This document shows, piece by piece, positions 37,449 to 50,335 of a DNA stretch of 64,000 nt. The stretch is taken from contig NW_025963835.1 of assembly GCF_023055435.1 (NCBI RefSeq), forward strand, positions 29,512,001-29,576,000. Reading direction: 5' to 3'. Numbering within the stretch: position 1 is the stretch's first letter; every line of letters starts with the position of its first letter. This stretch comes from Haliotis rufescens. Taxonomy: Eukaryota. The notes under the pieces were generated by a model that saw nothing but the letters and a program-made list of their open reading frames with translations, was not told where the DNA came from and did no database searches. The position numbers were made by a program, and so were the translations under genes.

Positions 37449-39544
37449 AACATACTCAGATCACATATCGATTTACAATGGAACCCTTCAATCTGCTTTT
37501 TAGGAGTCAGATGTCCCAGGTGTAGTTGTGAAGGCCGTCACAACGACAAGACTATTTTAGCAAAGTCAGCATAAAAAAAGTGTAACCAAGCTCGTCAAGT
37601 TACACGAAACAAGGACGCGACTTGATAGCAAGTACACATGAAGAACCATTGACGGAATATCTCCAGATGCTCATGTTACCTTTAAAAAAATACGCCCGTG
37701 TTGTTGTAAATTCATACTATCGTGATCCCGTAGAGGAATAGGGATAATTATCACTTTCCAGTGTGACAGTGCGTTGACGTATAGTCAGTCTGACGTACTC
37801 TATTGGCTTTGACCACATTTCAAGGATACATTGCAAAAATACGTCAAACCAAATCCTTTGAACTTGTTCTAATATAAATTTAAACAGGATATCCAAGCGA
37901 CTTTTAAATGTCAGTCAGTCGAAAACTGTCTTTGCACTATAACATAAGATTCTTAAACCTAAATATAAAGTTCAAATACCTGGGAAATTGGAATCTCAGG
38001 AAACGGTTTCTTTTTCAAATATGAAGAAAACCAACCAAAAATATCGTTTCCTAGATAAATAGAGTTTGATAATTCTTGAATGATTGTGGTGACTAGCTGG
38101 GAGATGAAAAGGAAAGCTATAAATATCGATGAACTCTGATTACGTTAGGAACACGTGCTCGGGTTGTCGGGAAGCATGGCAATTGGTTAATCAGTTTTAG
38201 ACGTGATCCCCGGTACCTCCAGCGTTGAAGAGTGATCTCGTGCTACACGCGATCTCGATTTGAGGGGTTACGTAATAATCGCCATCTAAACAAATAATCC
38301 ATAATTGAAAAAAAATGTAAGATAAAAGACGTCTCCATTTTGTTTACGAAGCTCTCTTGATGTCTCTGCAAGGGTGTGAGATTGGGGAAAATGACCCTTG
38401 TCGTATTTTCATTTCCGTGCAGATAATAGTGGTTACGACACGCGCTCGTCTCCGCTTGTCCAGCCCGGCTCGTTTTCGCCAAGTGTTTATGTCAAGAATA
38501 AGGTTAGAGTTATCAGATTAATCTTACACACACTACCCAACGCTCGGAACTAAATATAGCACCAATTTCCTATGAATGGTCTTCTGGGAAGTTTTGCTCT
38601 GTCTAAGCGCTGGAGCTCGGTTGAAATTTAAAGTAAACAGTCGTCCGGAGAATGCGATTTAGAGATGAACGCCAGCACTCGAGACGTTAGTATTGACTTT
38701 ACACCTCCTGGCTTGAAAAACACGATTAGAGAAGAAATGACAGTCTATTAGGTAAACTGTTTAGAATTGTCGGGCTTTGTATACTGTACAAAACTGCTGA
38801 TATCTTTTGACATGCTAATATAAGCTAGTGAGTGAGTGAGTGAGTGAGTGAGCGAGTGAGACAAACGTCGCTATTATAGTGCAATAATCATCCCACCTGC
38901 ACTCGAACACTTGCGGGAAATCGGATATTAAGTTAAACAATAGAATTGGCCTCCAAAACTTAATTGTTTGTTCTTTAGAATCCCTTCGTAATATATAAAA
39001 ATCAACTTACACATTCGATTGTGATATTTTGGTGACAAACAAGTTGATATAACTTAGCTACTTACTACAAAAGAATGTGTAAGGTTATAATTCTCTCCTT
39101 AGACTTAAAAGAATAAATCCTAATATCTAAAATCTGTTGTTTCTAATATTTCGTAATATTCTGTTCGTGAAAGAATAACATTTGCAGAAAAATGATATTG
39201 ACTTTTATCAGTCTTTGAAGGCAATGATGATAATCGTTTAAAAATACTACATGGCATATTTGTTGTGTCCGTATCCAATGCCGCACGATTTGGAAACTAG
39301 ACGTTATCATCTCGGGGTTGCTCTCAATGACAGACGCGGTCAAATACTAGAATTGTGAATGCTTTTCTCTATTTACATATTTAGTGGTTTTCTTCTAACA
39401 TACGCTAAATCAACATTTATATCCAACAACGGCTTTGATACGAATGACGTCTAGAATCCACCAATAATTGTAATATTTCAGCGATGAAACCTACCAAAGC
39501 AGGGTCAGACACGACTTCAGACAATGTTGCTAAATATAACTGCA

Positions 39545-42503
39545 TGCTGCTCTATGCGGCTGTTGGGGATGTTTGGTTCTGCTTGCTGTTGTATACTGAT
39601 GTTTGGTTCTGCTTGCTGTTGTATACTCATGTTTGGTTCTGCTTGCTGTTGTATACTCATGTTTGGCTCTGCTTGCTGTTGTATACTGATGTTTGGTTCT
39701 GCTTGCTGTTGTATACTGATGTTTGGTTCTGCTTGCTGTTGTATACTGATGTTTGGTTCTGCTTGCTGTTGTATACTGATGTTTGGTTCTGCTTGCTGTT
39801 GTATACTGATGTTTGGTTCTGCTTGCTGTTGTATACTGATGTTTGGTTCTGCTTACTGTTGTATACTGATGTTTGGTTCTGCTTGCTGTTGTATACTCAT
39901 GTTTGGCTCTGCTTGCTGTTGTATACTGATGTTTGGTTCTGCTTACTGTTGTATACTCATGTTTGGCTCTGCTTGCTGTTGTATACTGATGTTTGGTTCT
40001 GCTTACTGTTGTATACTGATGTTTGGAACTGATTGCTGTTGTATACTGATGTTTGGTTCTGCTTTCTGTTGTATACTGATGTTTGGTTCTGCTTGCTGTT
40101 GTATACTGATGTTTGGTTCTGCTTGCTGTTGTATACTGATGTTTGGTTCTGCTTGCTGCTGTATACTATGTTTGGTTCTGCTTGCTGTTGTATACTGATG
40201 TTTGGTTCTGCTTGCTGTTGTATACTGATGTTTGGTTCTGCTTGCTGTTGTATACTGATGTTTGGTTCTGCTTGCTGTTGTATACTGATGTTTGGTTCTG
40301 CTTGCTGCTGTATACTATGTTTGGTTCTGCTTGCTGTTGTATACTGATGTTTGGAGCTGATTGCTGTTGTATGCTGATGTTTGGTTCTGCTTGCTGTTGT
40401 ATACTGATGTTTGGTTCTGCTTGCTGCTGTATACTATGTTTGGTTCTGCTTGCTGTTGTATACTGATATTTGGAGCTGATTGCTGTTGTATGCTGATGTT
40501 TGGTTCTGCTTGCTGTTGTATACTGATGTTTGGTTCTGCTTGCTGTTGTATACTGATGTTTGGTTCTGCTTGCTGTTGTATACTGATGTTTGGTTCTGCT
40601 TACTGTTGTATACTGATGTTTGGTTCTGCTTGCTGTTGTATACTCATGTTTGGCTCTGCTTGCTGTTGTATACTGATGTTTGGTTCTGCTTACTGTTGTA
40701 TACTCATGTTTGGCTCTGCTTGCTGTTGTATACTGATGTTTGGTTCTGCTTACTGTTGTATACTGATGTTTGGAACTGATTGCTGTTGTATACTGATGTT
40801 TGGTTCTGCTTTCTGTTGTATACTGATGTTTGGTTCTGCTTGCTGTTGTATACTGATGTTTGGTTCTGCTTGCTGTTGTATACTGATGTTTGGTTCTGCT
40901 TGCTGCTGTATACTATGTTTGGTTCTGCTTGCTGTTGTATACTGATGTTTGGTTCTGCTTGCTGTTGTATACTGATGTTTGGTTCTGCTTGCTGTTGTAT
41001 ACTGATGTTTGGTTCTGCTTGCTGTTGTATACTGATGTTTGGTTCTGCTTGCTGCTGTATACTATGTTTGGTTCTGCTTGCTGTTGTATACTGATGTTTG
41101 GTTCTGCTTGCTGTTGTATACTGATGTTTGGTTCTGCTTGCTGTTGTATACTGATGTTTGGTGCTGCTCGCTATTGTATACTGATGTTTGGTCCTGCTTG
41201 CTGTTGTATACTGATATTTGGAGCTGATTGCTGTTGTATGCTGATGTTTGGTTCTGCTTGCTGTTGTATACTGATGTTTGGTTCTGCTTGCTGTTGTATA
41301 CTGATGTTTGGTTCTGCTTGCTGTTGTATACTGATGTTTGGTTCTGCTTGCTGTTGTATACTGATGTTTGGTTCTGCTTGCTGCTGTATACTATGTTTGG
41401 TTCTGCTTGCTGTTGTATACTGATGTTTGGTTCTGCTTGCTGTTGTATACTGATGTTTGGTTCTGCTTGCTGTTGTATACTGATGTTTGGTGCTGCTCGC
41501 TATTGTATACTGATGTTTGGTCCTGCTTGCTGTTGTATACTGATATTTGGAGCTGATTGCTGTTGTATGCTGATGTTTGGTTCTGCTTGCTGTTGTATAC
41601 TGATGTTTGGTTCTGCTTGCTGTTGTATACTGATGTTTGGTGCTGCTCGCTATTGTATACTGATGTTTGGTCCTGCTTGCTGTTGTATACTGATGTTTGG
41701 AGCTGACTGCTGTTGTATACTGATGTTTGGTTCTGCTTGCTGTTGTATACTGATGTTTGGTTCTGCTTGCTGTTGTATACTGATGTTTGGTTCTGCTTGC
41801 TGTTGTATACTGATGTTTGGTGCTGCTCGCTATTGTATACTGATGTTTGGTTCTGCTTACTGTTGTATGCTGATGTTTGGTTCTGCTTGCTGTTGTATAC
41901 TGATGTTTGGAACTGATTGCTGTTGTATAACGATGTTTGGTTCAGCTTACTGTTGTATGCTGATGTTTGGTTCTGCTTGCTGTTGTATGCTGATGTTTGG
42001 ATCTGCTTACTGTTGTATACTGATGTTTGGAGCTGCTTGCTGTTGTATACTGATGTTTGGTTCTGCTTGCTGTTGTATGCTGATGTTTGGTTCTGCTTGC
42101 TGTTGCATGCTGATGTTTGGTTCTGCTTACTGTTGTTTGCTGATGTATGGTTCTGCTTGCTGTTGCATGCTGATGTTTGATGCTGCTTGCTGTTGTATGC
42201 TGATGATTGGTTCTGCTTGCTTCTGTATACTGATGTTCGGTTCTGCTTACTGTTGTATGCTGATATTTGGTTCTGCTTGCTGTTGTATGCTGATGTTTGG
42301 ATCTGCTTACTGTTGTATACTGATGTTTGATTCTGCTTACTGTTATATGCTGATGTTTGGTTCTGCTTACTGTTATATGCTGATGTTTGGTTCTGCTTGC
42401 TGTTATATGCTGATGTTTGATTCTGCTTACTGTTGTATACTGATGTTTGATTCTGCTTACTGTTATATGCTGATGTTTGGTTCTGCTTGCTGTTGTATAC
42501 TGT
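39545..42503. repeat. Minisatellite, 30-bp unit GTTTGGTTCTGCTTGCTGTTGTATACTGAT (~98 copies), intronic
   Basis: Directly visible; contains a 747-bp internal duplication. Confidence 0.98.
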
Positions 42504-43264
42504 ACGTGTCTGTTACATGTGGGCCAGATACACGTAGGTAGAGACAGCCATGGATATCATGTATAACACAAACAAAATCCTTTACTTATCCAATAGTGGT
42601 GATACTTAATGTTTTAGTTTGTATATTTGAATAACGAATATTGGATAAAGATCAGGGGAGTTCGTTGATCCCGAAGTTGTCGACGTATCTGAATGTCCGG
42701 GTGGTATGTAAATATATCAGTGAGTATAGGCGGTCAATTGCTGCACGAAGTGGACAAACATGTGTATGACAGAAACTGCCCGAAACTTCGCTGAATATAA
42801 GAAGGCTGTCCAGAGTAAAGTTACATACCCCTCAATATATTAACCATCATCAATTTGACGTCATTCAGCTGGTATCACATTCGAATGATCTGTGCAATGA
42901 AGGGGACGTAACTGCGTAAGCTGATTGATTACCATTGATTTCCGCGAGACACGTGTGACCCCTGGGCAGTGTGATGGATGTATAACAGGACTGATACGTC
43001 TTTGATGATACGTCAACTCCATTCAACCGTGCTCAGCAGGGCACCGGACTCAATTTGTGGTCAATTCATAACTGATAACCACGGTAATACTATACTCATC
43101 TCTTATTCGTGAGCTGAGTCCAACGTGACCCCATCACGTGTCATTTAGCATCAACTTGTTGAGTATATTAATCGCAGTTTTATGTCGGGCAATGTATCGT
43201 TTATTTCATGCAATGAGTCTTCAAATGTCCACCAATTTTCACTATAAAGGAGCAAATGCTAACC

Positions 43265-43950
43265 AGGGCAGGACAGGGCGGCTCTGATCAAGGCAGGGTG
43301 GGTCGGGGCAGGTCAAGGTGATGTGAGTCAAGTCAGGGCGGCTCGGGTGGGGAAAGGGTGGGACGATGCAGGGCAGGTCAGGGCAGGTCAGGGCAGGTCA
43401 GGGCGGCTCGGTTTGGGGCATTGTAGTGCAATGCAAGGCAGGTCAGGGCGGCTCGGACGGGGCATGGTGGAGCGTCGCAAGGCAGGTCAGGGCGGCTCGA
43501 ATCGGATCATGGTGAGGCGATGTTGGGCAGGTCAGGCCGGCTGAAGTCGGGGTATGGTTGGGCGATACAGGGCGGGTCAGGGCGGCTCGAATCGGAGCAT
43601 GGTGGGGCGATGTAGGACAGGTCAGGGCGGCGGAAGTCGGGGTATGGTTGGGCGATACATGGCGGGTCAGGGCGGCTCGATTCGGATCATGGTGGGGCGA
43701 TACAGGGCGGGTCAGGGCGGCTCGAATCGGATCATGGTGGGGCGATACAGGGCGGGTCAGGGCGGCTCGAATCGGAGCATGGTGGGGCGATGTAGCACAG
43801 GTCAGGGCGGCGGAAGTCGGGGTATGGTTGGGCGATACAGGGTGGGTCAGGATGGATCAGGGTAGCTCGGGTCGGTGAAGGGTGTGGCGATGCAGGGCAG
43901 GTCAGAGCCCGTCAGGTCGGGTCGCATCGGAGCAGAATAGGGCGGTGCAG
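43265..43950. repeat. G-rich minisatellite, 45-bp unit (GGGCGGGTCAGGGCGGCTCGAATCGGATCATGGTGGGGCGATACA)
   Basis: Directly visible; ends ~340 bp upstream of the last K2P exon. Confidence 0.9.
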
Positions 43951-44293
43951 TACATTCGCGTGATTCCTCAATTGCGCTCGGGATGTTAAGGCATGTTATC
44001 AGCACTCCTTCAGTATCAACCATTATTCATAAACTCTTTTCATGAGTGTATTAACATAATACACTGTAATCATTATGACAAGGGATATAATGTATACGAA
44101 TATATGTGTGTGATGTGTGTGGCACCTCTGACACGTGTGTGTGTGTATGTGTGTGTGTGTGTAATTAGGGGTACAGGAAGTGGACACCGTTTGCGCTTTT
44201 GAACCTTTACTTCAGACATATTTCGTCTTTCAAGGCGCCGCAATTCTGCTCAATTTTTGCTCATTTACAAACCAAGTTCGTCTATATTTTCAG

Positions 44294-44970
44294 GTTACGG
44301 ACACATTGCCCCCAAGACAATGTACGGCCAGCTGGTAACCATGCTGTATGCCCTGATCGGAATCCCACTCACATTGCTGTGTCTCGCCAACCTCGGCAGT
44401 TTCATGGGAGACTGCTTCCGGTGTTTGTACAAACAAATCTGCATCGGTCTCATGTGGCTCTGCTGCCCACCACAAGCACGTGCAGCACGATCCAAATCAT
44501 ATTCCGCAAGGATACGATACCGGAAGTCAGGTGACTCGGAGGAAGAGAACCCTCTCCGAGGGAAGACTGTGGTAGAAGGGGAGGGGACGGATGTGGCTGT
44601 GATGGTTGAGGAAGAACAGAAGTCTCAAAAGGAAGACCCAGTGAGAGTACCGATGTTTGTCAGTCTTATGATAATAGTTATATATATATTTGGTGGTGCT
44701 TTGATATTCTCCAATTGGGAGGGGTGGGACTACCTGATTGGGTCTTACTTCTGCTTCATCACACTCAGCACGATTGGTTTCGGGGACTATGTCCCCGGGG
44801 CCGCTGGAGCGGCGGATGACTGGGACAGCCAAGAGAAGCTGATCATCTGTGCGTTCTACCTTGTGGTCGGACTCTCCCTTATCGCCATGTGCTTTAACCT
44901 GATGCAGGAGGAGGTGCGGGCCAAGTTTGCTTGGTTGGGGATAAAGCTGGGTATCCTGGACAAGGAATAG
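44294..44970 (+). CDS. K2P channel terminal coding exon: GYG, M2, M3, pore 2, M4, stop
   Basis: Acceptor TATATTTTCAG|GT completes TTIG-YGHIAPKT in phase 1. It encodes M2 (LVTMLYALIGIPLTLLCLANLG), M3, pore 2 (YFCFITLSTIGFGDYVPG) and M4, with TAG at 44968-44970. Confidence 0.96.
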
Positions 44971-45004
44971 AGGATGGAGATTCCAGATCCTGCACCTGTT
45001 GCCT

Positions 45005-46070
45005 CGGGGATGCTACACGGGGTGATGGTTGACTAGGGGATGGTTAGACGGGGCGATGGTTGACTAGGGCATGCTACACGGGGTGATAGTTGTCTAGGGG
45101 ATGGTTAGACGGGGTGATGGTTGACTAGGGGATGGCTACACGGGGTGATGGTTGACTAGGGGATGGTTACACGGGGTGATGGTTGACTAGGGGATGGCTA
45201 CACGGGGTGATGGTTGACTAGGGGATGGTTAGACGGGGTGATGGTTGACTAGGGGATGGTTAGACGGGGTGATGGTTGACTAGGGGATGGTTAGACGGGG
45301 TGATGGTTGACTAGGGGATGGTTAGACGGGGTGATGGTTGACTAGGGGATGGTTACACGGGGTGATGGTTGACTAGGGGATGTTACACGGGGTGATGGTT
45401 GACTAGGGGATGGTTAGACGGGGTGATGGTTGACTAGGGGATGGCTACACGGGGTGATGGTTGACTAGGGGATGGTTAGACGGGGTGATGGTTGACTAGG
45501 GGATGGTTACACGGGGTGATGGTTGACTAGGGGATGGTTAGACGGGGTGATGGTTGACTAGGGGATGGTTAGACGGGGTGATGGTTGACTAGGGGATGGT
45601 TAGACGGGGTGATGGTTGACTAGGGGATGGTTAGACGGGATGATGGTTGACTAGGGGATGGTTAGACGGGGTGATGGTTGACTAGGGGATGGTTAGACGG
45701 GGTGATGGTTGACTAGGGGATGGTTACACGGGGTGATGGTTGACTAGGGGATGGTTAGACGGGGTGATGGTTGACTAGGGGATGGTTAGACGGGGTGATG
45801 GTTGACTAGGGGATGGTTAGACGGGGTGATGGTTGACTAGGGGATGGTTACACGGGGTGATGGTTGACTAGGGGATGGTTAGACGGGGTGATGGTTGACT
45901 AGGGGATGGTTACACGGGGTGATGGTTGACTAGGGGATGGTTAGACGGGGTGATGGTTGACTAGGGGATGGTTACACGGGGTGATGGTTGACTAGGGGAT
46001 GGTTAGACGGGGTGATGGTTGACTAGGGGATGTTACACGGGGTGAGGGGTGACTAGGGGATGGTTACACG
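45005..46070. repeat. G-rich minisatellite, 31-bp unit GGGGTGATGGTTGACTAGGGGATGGTTAGAC (~34 copies)
   Basis: Begins ~35 bp after the K2P stop codon. Confidence 0.97.
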
Positions 46071-46894
46071 CGAAGCCATGGCTGACAAGAGGTACACTTG
46101 GTGGTAGTTCACTAGGGTGTGGACACACGTTGACATGGTTGCCTAGGGGCTGGTTGTTTACCTACTTTGGAAATAGGAACCTTTTGCCCAGTTAGAAGAT
46201 TGCCTGAGATAGTGTCCATCTCGGACGATGTATACCAGAGTAAATGGTTACCAAGGACGACGCTTACCTTGGATGACAGTTGCCCTGGATATAGTTACCT
46301 GGCATTATCCTTGTCTCGGGTCATTGTTTGCGATCTGAGGCGATGGTTAATCCTTTTTGATTGGTTGAGTTTCTTGATGTTTACTCATTGTGAAGGAAAG
46401 TGATTCTTGAACCCAAATGAGAGGCGGACGGACATGTGAATACCACATGCGTTATACTGGATGGCGAAGACAGCGACCGTACAGAACTAGAAAAGGACAA
46501 CTGAAGTGATAGTTTGAATATCACAGTGAACTGGTGTGCACAAGGAGCGAGGCAATAGGAAATTCTGAAGGATTCCAGATTAATAGATGACGTGTTAGGA
46601 TTTGTGTGGAAAGAACGTTGTCAAACTGGTCGCATTTGCTGTTTGAACAGGTGTGTCGTAGAGTTATAATGACTAGTTGTACAGATGTAGATATTTGATA
46701 TATCTGATAATCCATGATGTTACGACAAACTTTGGCACATATTTCGTCTACACGAGACACAGATTATCTGCCCAGAAGGTCACGTGGTGCTAACTTCCTT
46801 ACATTGGAGTGCTTACTATTTTACAATCAAATCACACTATCACGCATCCGGACAAAACATAAACAGGATATATATTCGTGAGTACATCTGTAAA

Positions 46895-47590
46895 CATGAT
46901 ATATCACCTGTATCCAACCTCCTTGTCTGGTATGATATCACCATGTTCCCGACCTCCTGGCCTTACATATGACATATGCCCGACCTCCTGTTCTTACACG
47001 ATATCGCCCTGTTCCCAACCTCCTGATCTTACATGGTATATCCCTGTTCTCAACCTCCTGATCTTACAAGGTATTACCCTGTTCCCGACCTCCTGATCTT
47101 ACATGGTATCACATATTATCGACCTCCTGATCTTACACTTTTATCATCCTGTTCCCGATCTCCTGACCTTGCATGATATCACCTGTTCCCGACCTCCTGA
47201 TCTTACATAGTATCCCCAGTAGCCGACCTCCTGATCTTACATGGTATTACCCTGTTCCCAACCTCCTAATCTTGCATGATATCACCTCTTCCCAACCTCC
47301 TGATCTTGCATGATATCACCTGTTCCCGACCTCCTGATCTTGCATGATATCACCTGTTCCCGACCTCCTGATCTTACAAGGTATTACCCTGTTCTGGACC
47401 TTCTGATCTTACATGGTATCACCTGTTCCCGACCTCCCGATCTTGCATGATATCACCTGTTCCCGACCTCCTGATCTTGCATGATATCGCCTGTTCCCGA
47501 CCTCCTGATCTTGCATGATATCACCTGTTCACGACCTCCTGATCTTGCATGATATCACCTGTTCCCGACCTCCTGATCTAACATGGTATA
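46895..47590. repeat. Minisatellite, 34-35-bp unit CATGATATCACCTGTTCCCGACCTCCTGATCTTG
   Basis: Directly visible. Confidence 0.93.
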
Positions 47591-47679
47591 ATTCTGACTA
47601 TCTTTCTATTAATAGCACTGTACCGGCTAGAAGAAAACATCAATAGTTTATTTGCATTTGTGGTGGGTACGGTTGAGCC

Positions 47680-47880
47680 CTATGGACGTGCCAGGAAACT
47701 TAAATTCGTGGGTTCGAATCCCGGTTATGTTTCTAGGGTTGTCAGCACCATACTCGTGGTAAACGTGAAAGACCTGCATCACTTAGGGCACACATTGTAA
47801 GCTGACAGCGGTCATATAAGAGAAATACTAATTAATGCAGCATGACAATTTTAAATCAAACTCATTCACACACTCACGCA
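47680..47880 (+). mobile_element. Decayed SINE family A copy
   Basis: GGGTTCGAATCCCGG...GTCAGCACCATAC...GACCTGCATCACTT...AAGCTGACA, with deletions. Confidence 0.7.
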
Positions 47881-48390
47881 ATGGGCAACTGAACAATGGG
47901 CCATAGTTGGCTGCCTATGCTGTATAGCTAATGTTGCGAAGGGAATACACATTGATGTAGAGTTACAACTGAAGGATGAAGTGCATTTGGGGGTCAAGCA
48001 AATAATCGTCAATGTTCATTCCAGGCGTAATGATGTCAACTCAAGCATAATACCATTATGATTTTGAATAAATCATCGCCACGACCTCCATTAACAGGGT
48101 GATATTCATCAGTTTACATGGCACCAATTCATACAGTTACCTCCATGTATGCCACATCAAACAAATGTCCGCTCTATCTCGCATTATATCATATCAAATT
48201 ATTATTCGAATTCCGTTATTAATATGATGGGAAATCAGTATACAAGTGGATCTTTCAAAAAGGAAAAGTAATACTCTGAACTGCATAATATCAAAATCAG
48301 TCCCGACCTCATGCAATTTCCTTGAATGAATTTTTGTCATTAATTATACATGATAATGCATGAATGATCCCCCTTTTCCCCGTACATGGA

Positions 48391-48589
48391 GTTTGTTTGT
48401 TTGTTGTTTAACGCCGCACTCAGCAATATTCCAGCTTTATGACGGCGGTCTGTAAATAACCGAGTGATTGGCAACATGAGCATCGATCTACGCAATTGAA
48501 GATATAGTGACATGCATCAATCGAGCCTGATCACGCATTCCTGCTTGCCGCCTTTTATGACACAATTTTAACACGGATATTTACGGGTA
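48391..48589 (-). mobile_element. Family B copy with deletions
   Basis: (GTTT)n tail and B body; TSD CCGT(A/T)CATGG (48380-48389 / 48590-48599). Confidence 0.8.
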
Positions 48590-48754
48590 CCGTTCATGGT
48601 CGGTATTCCAGTCAAGGTGATCTCTGACTTGAAAGGTACCGGAGGTCACCACTGCCAACGTTAGTCCGTGGTTTGAAATCAAACAATGGCCACAAATAAA
48701 AGTATCGGAAACCAGCTATTTAGTCCATCTATATCGTAATATCCGTTTGCCGTT

Positions 48755-50335
48755 CATGACATCAGTCTCTAGCCAGACCTTGTCTCTCATGACATCATTC
48801 TCTATCTCGACCTTGTCTCTTCAGCCCGACCTTGTCTCTCATGACATGATTCTCTATCTCGACCTTGTCTCTCATGACATCATTCTTCAGCCCGACCTTG
48901 TCTCTCATGACATGATTCTCTATCTCGACCTTGTCTCTCATGACATTAATCTCTAGCCCGACCTTGTCTCTCATGACATCATTCTCTATCTCGACCTTGT
49001 CTCTCATGACATCAGTCTCTTGCCCGACCTTGTCTCTTATGACATCAATCTCTAGCCCGACCTTGTCTCTCATGGCATCATTCTCTATCTCGACCTTGTC
49101 TCTCATGACATCAATCTCTAGCCAGACCTTGTCTCTCATGATAACAGTCTCTAGCCAGACCGTGTCTCGCATGGCATCAGTCTCTAGCCAGATCTTTTCT
49201 CTCATGACATCATTCTCTATCTCGACCTTGTCTCTCATGACATCATTCTTCAGCCTGACCTTGTCTCTCATGACATCAGTCTCTAGCCCGACCTTGTCTC
49301 TCATGACATCAGTCTCTAGCCCGTCCTTGTCTCTCATGACATCATTCTTCAGCCTGACCTTGTCTCTCATGACATCAGTCTCTAGCCCGACCTTGTCTCT
49401 CATGACATCAGTCTCTAGCCCGTCCTTGTCTCTCATGACATCATTCTTCAGCCTGACCTTGTCTCTTATGACATCAATCTTCAGCCCGACCTTGTCTCTC
49501 ATGACATTCTTCAGCCTGACCTTGTCTCTCATGACATCAGTCTCTAGCCCGACCTTGTCTCTCATGACATCAGTCTCTAGCCGCCCGACCTTGTCTCTCA
49601 TGACATCATTCTTCAGCCTGACCTTGTATCTCATGACATCAATCTTCAGCCCGACCTTGTATCTCATGACATCAGTCTCTAGCCCGACCTTGTCTCTTAT
49701 GACATCAATCTTCAGCTCGACCTTGTCTCTCATGACATCAGTCTCTAGCCGCCCGACCTTGTCTCTCATGACATCATTCTTCAGCCTGACCTTGTCTCTC
49801 ATGACATCATTCTTCAGCCTGGCCTTGTCTATCATGACATCAGTCTCTAGCCCGACCTTGTCTCTCATGACATCAGTCTCTAGCCCGTCCTTGTCTCTCA
49901 TGACATCATTCTTCAGCCTGACCTTGTCTCTCATGACATCAGTCTCTAGCCCGACCTTTGTCTCTCATGGCTTCATTCTCTATCTCGACCTTGTCTCTCA
50001 TGACATCATTCTTCAGCCTGACCTTGTCTCTCATGACATCAATCTTCAGTACGACCTTGTCTCTCATGACATCAGTCTTCAGCCCGACCTTGTCTCTCAT
50101 GACATCAGTCTCTAACCAGACCTTGTCTCTTATGACATCAATCTTCAGCCCGACATTTGTCTCTCGTGACATCAGTCTCTAGCCGCCCAACCTTGTCTCT
50201 CATGACATCAGTCTCTAGCCGCCCGACCTTGTCTCTCATGACATCAGTCTCTAGCCGCCCGACCTCTTCTCTCATGATATCAGTCTCATGCCCGACCTTT
50301 GTCTCTCATTACATCAATCTCTAGCCAGACCTTGT
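48755..50335. repeat. Minisatellite, 33-bp unit CATGACATCAGTCTCTAGCCCGACCTTGTCTCT (~47 copies)
   Basis: Directly visible. Confidence 0.97.

Larger units (their letters stand above)
30785..44293 (+). other. 13.5-kb GT-AG intron splitting the first selectivity filter (G|GT TAC GGA)
   Basis: GTGAGT...TTTTCAG with frame-consistent joining; the intron is filled with SINEs and minisatellites. Confidence 0.9.

Noticed and set aside
39484-42541. Cys/Leu-rich ORFs up to 437 aa
   Set aside because: Artefact of a 30-bp intronic minisatellite with frame-shifting 29-bp units.
48795-50182. 379-394 aa ORFs (MRDKVGLETDV / SLMTS repeats)
   Set aside because: 33-bp tandem repeat open on both strands; no evidence of coding.
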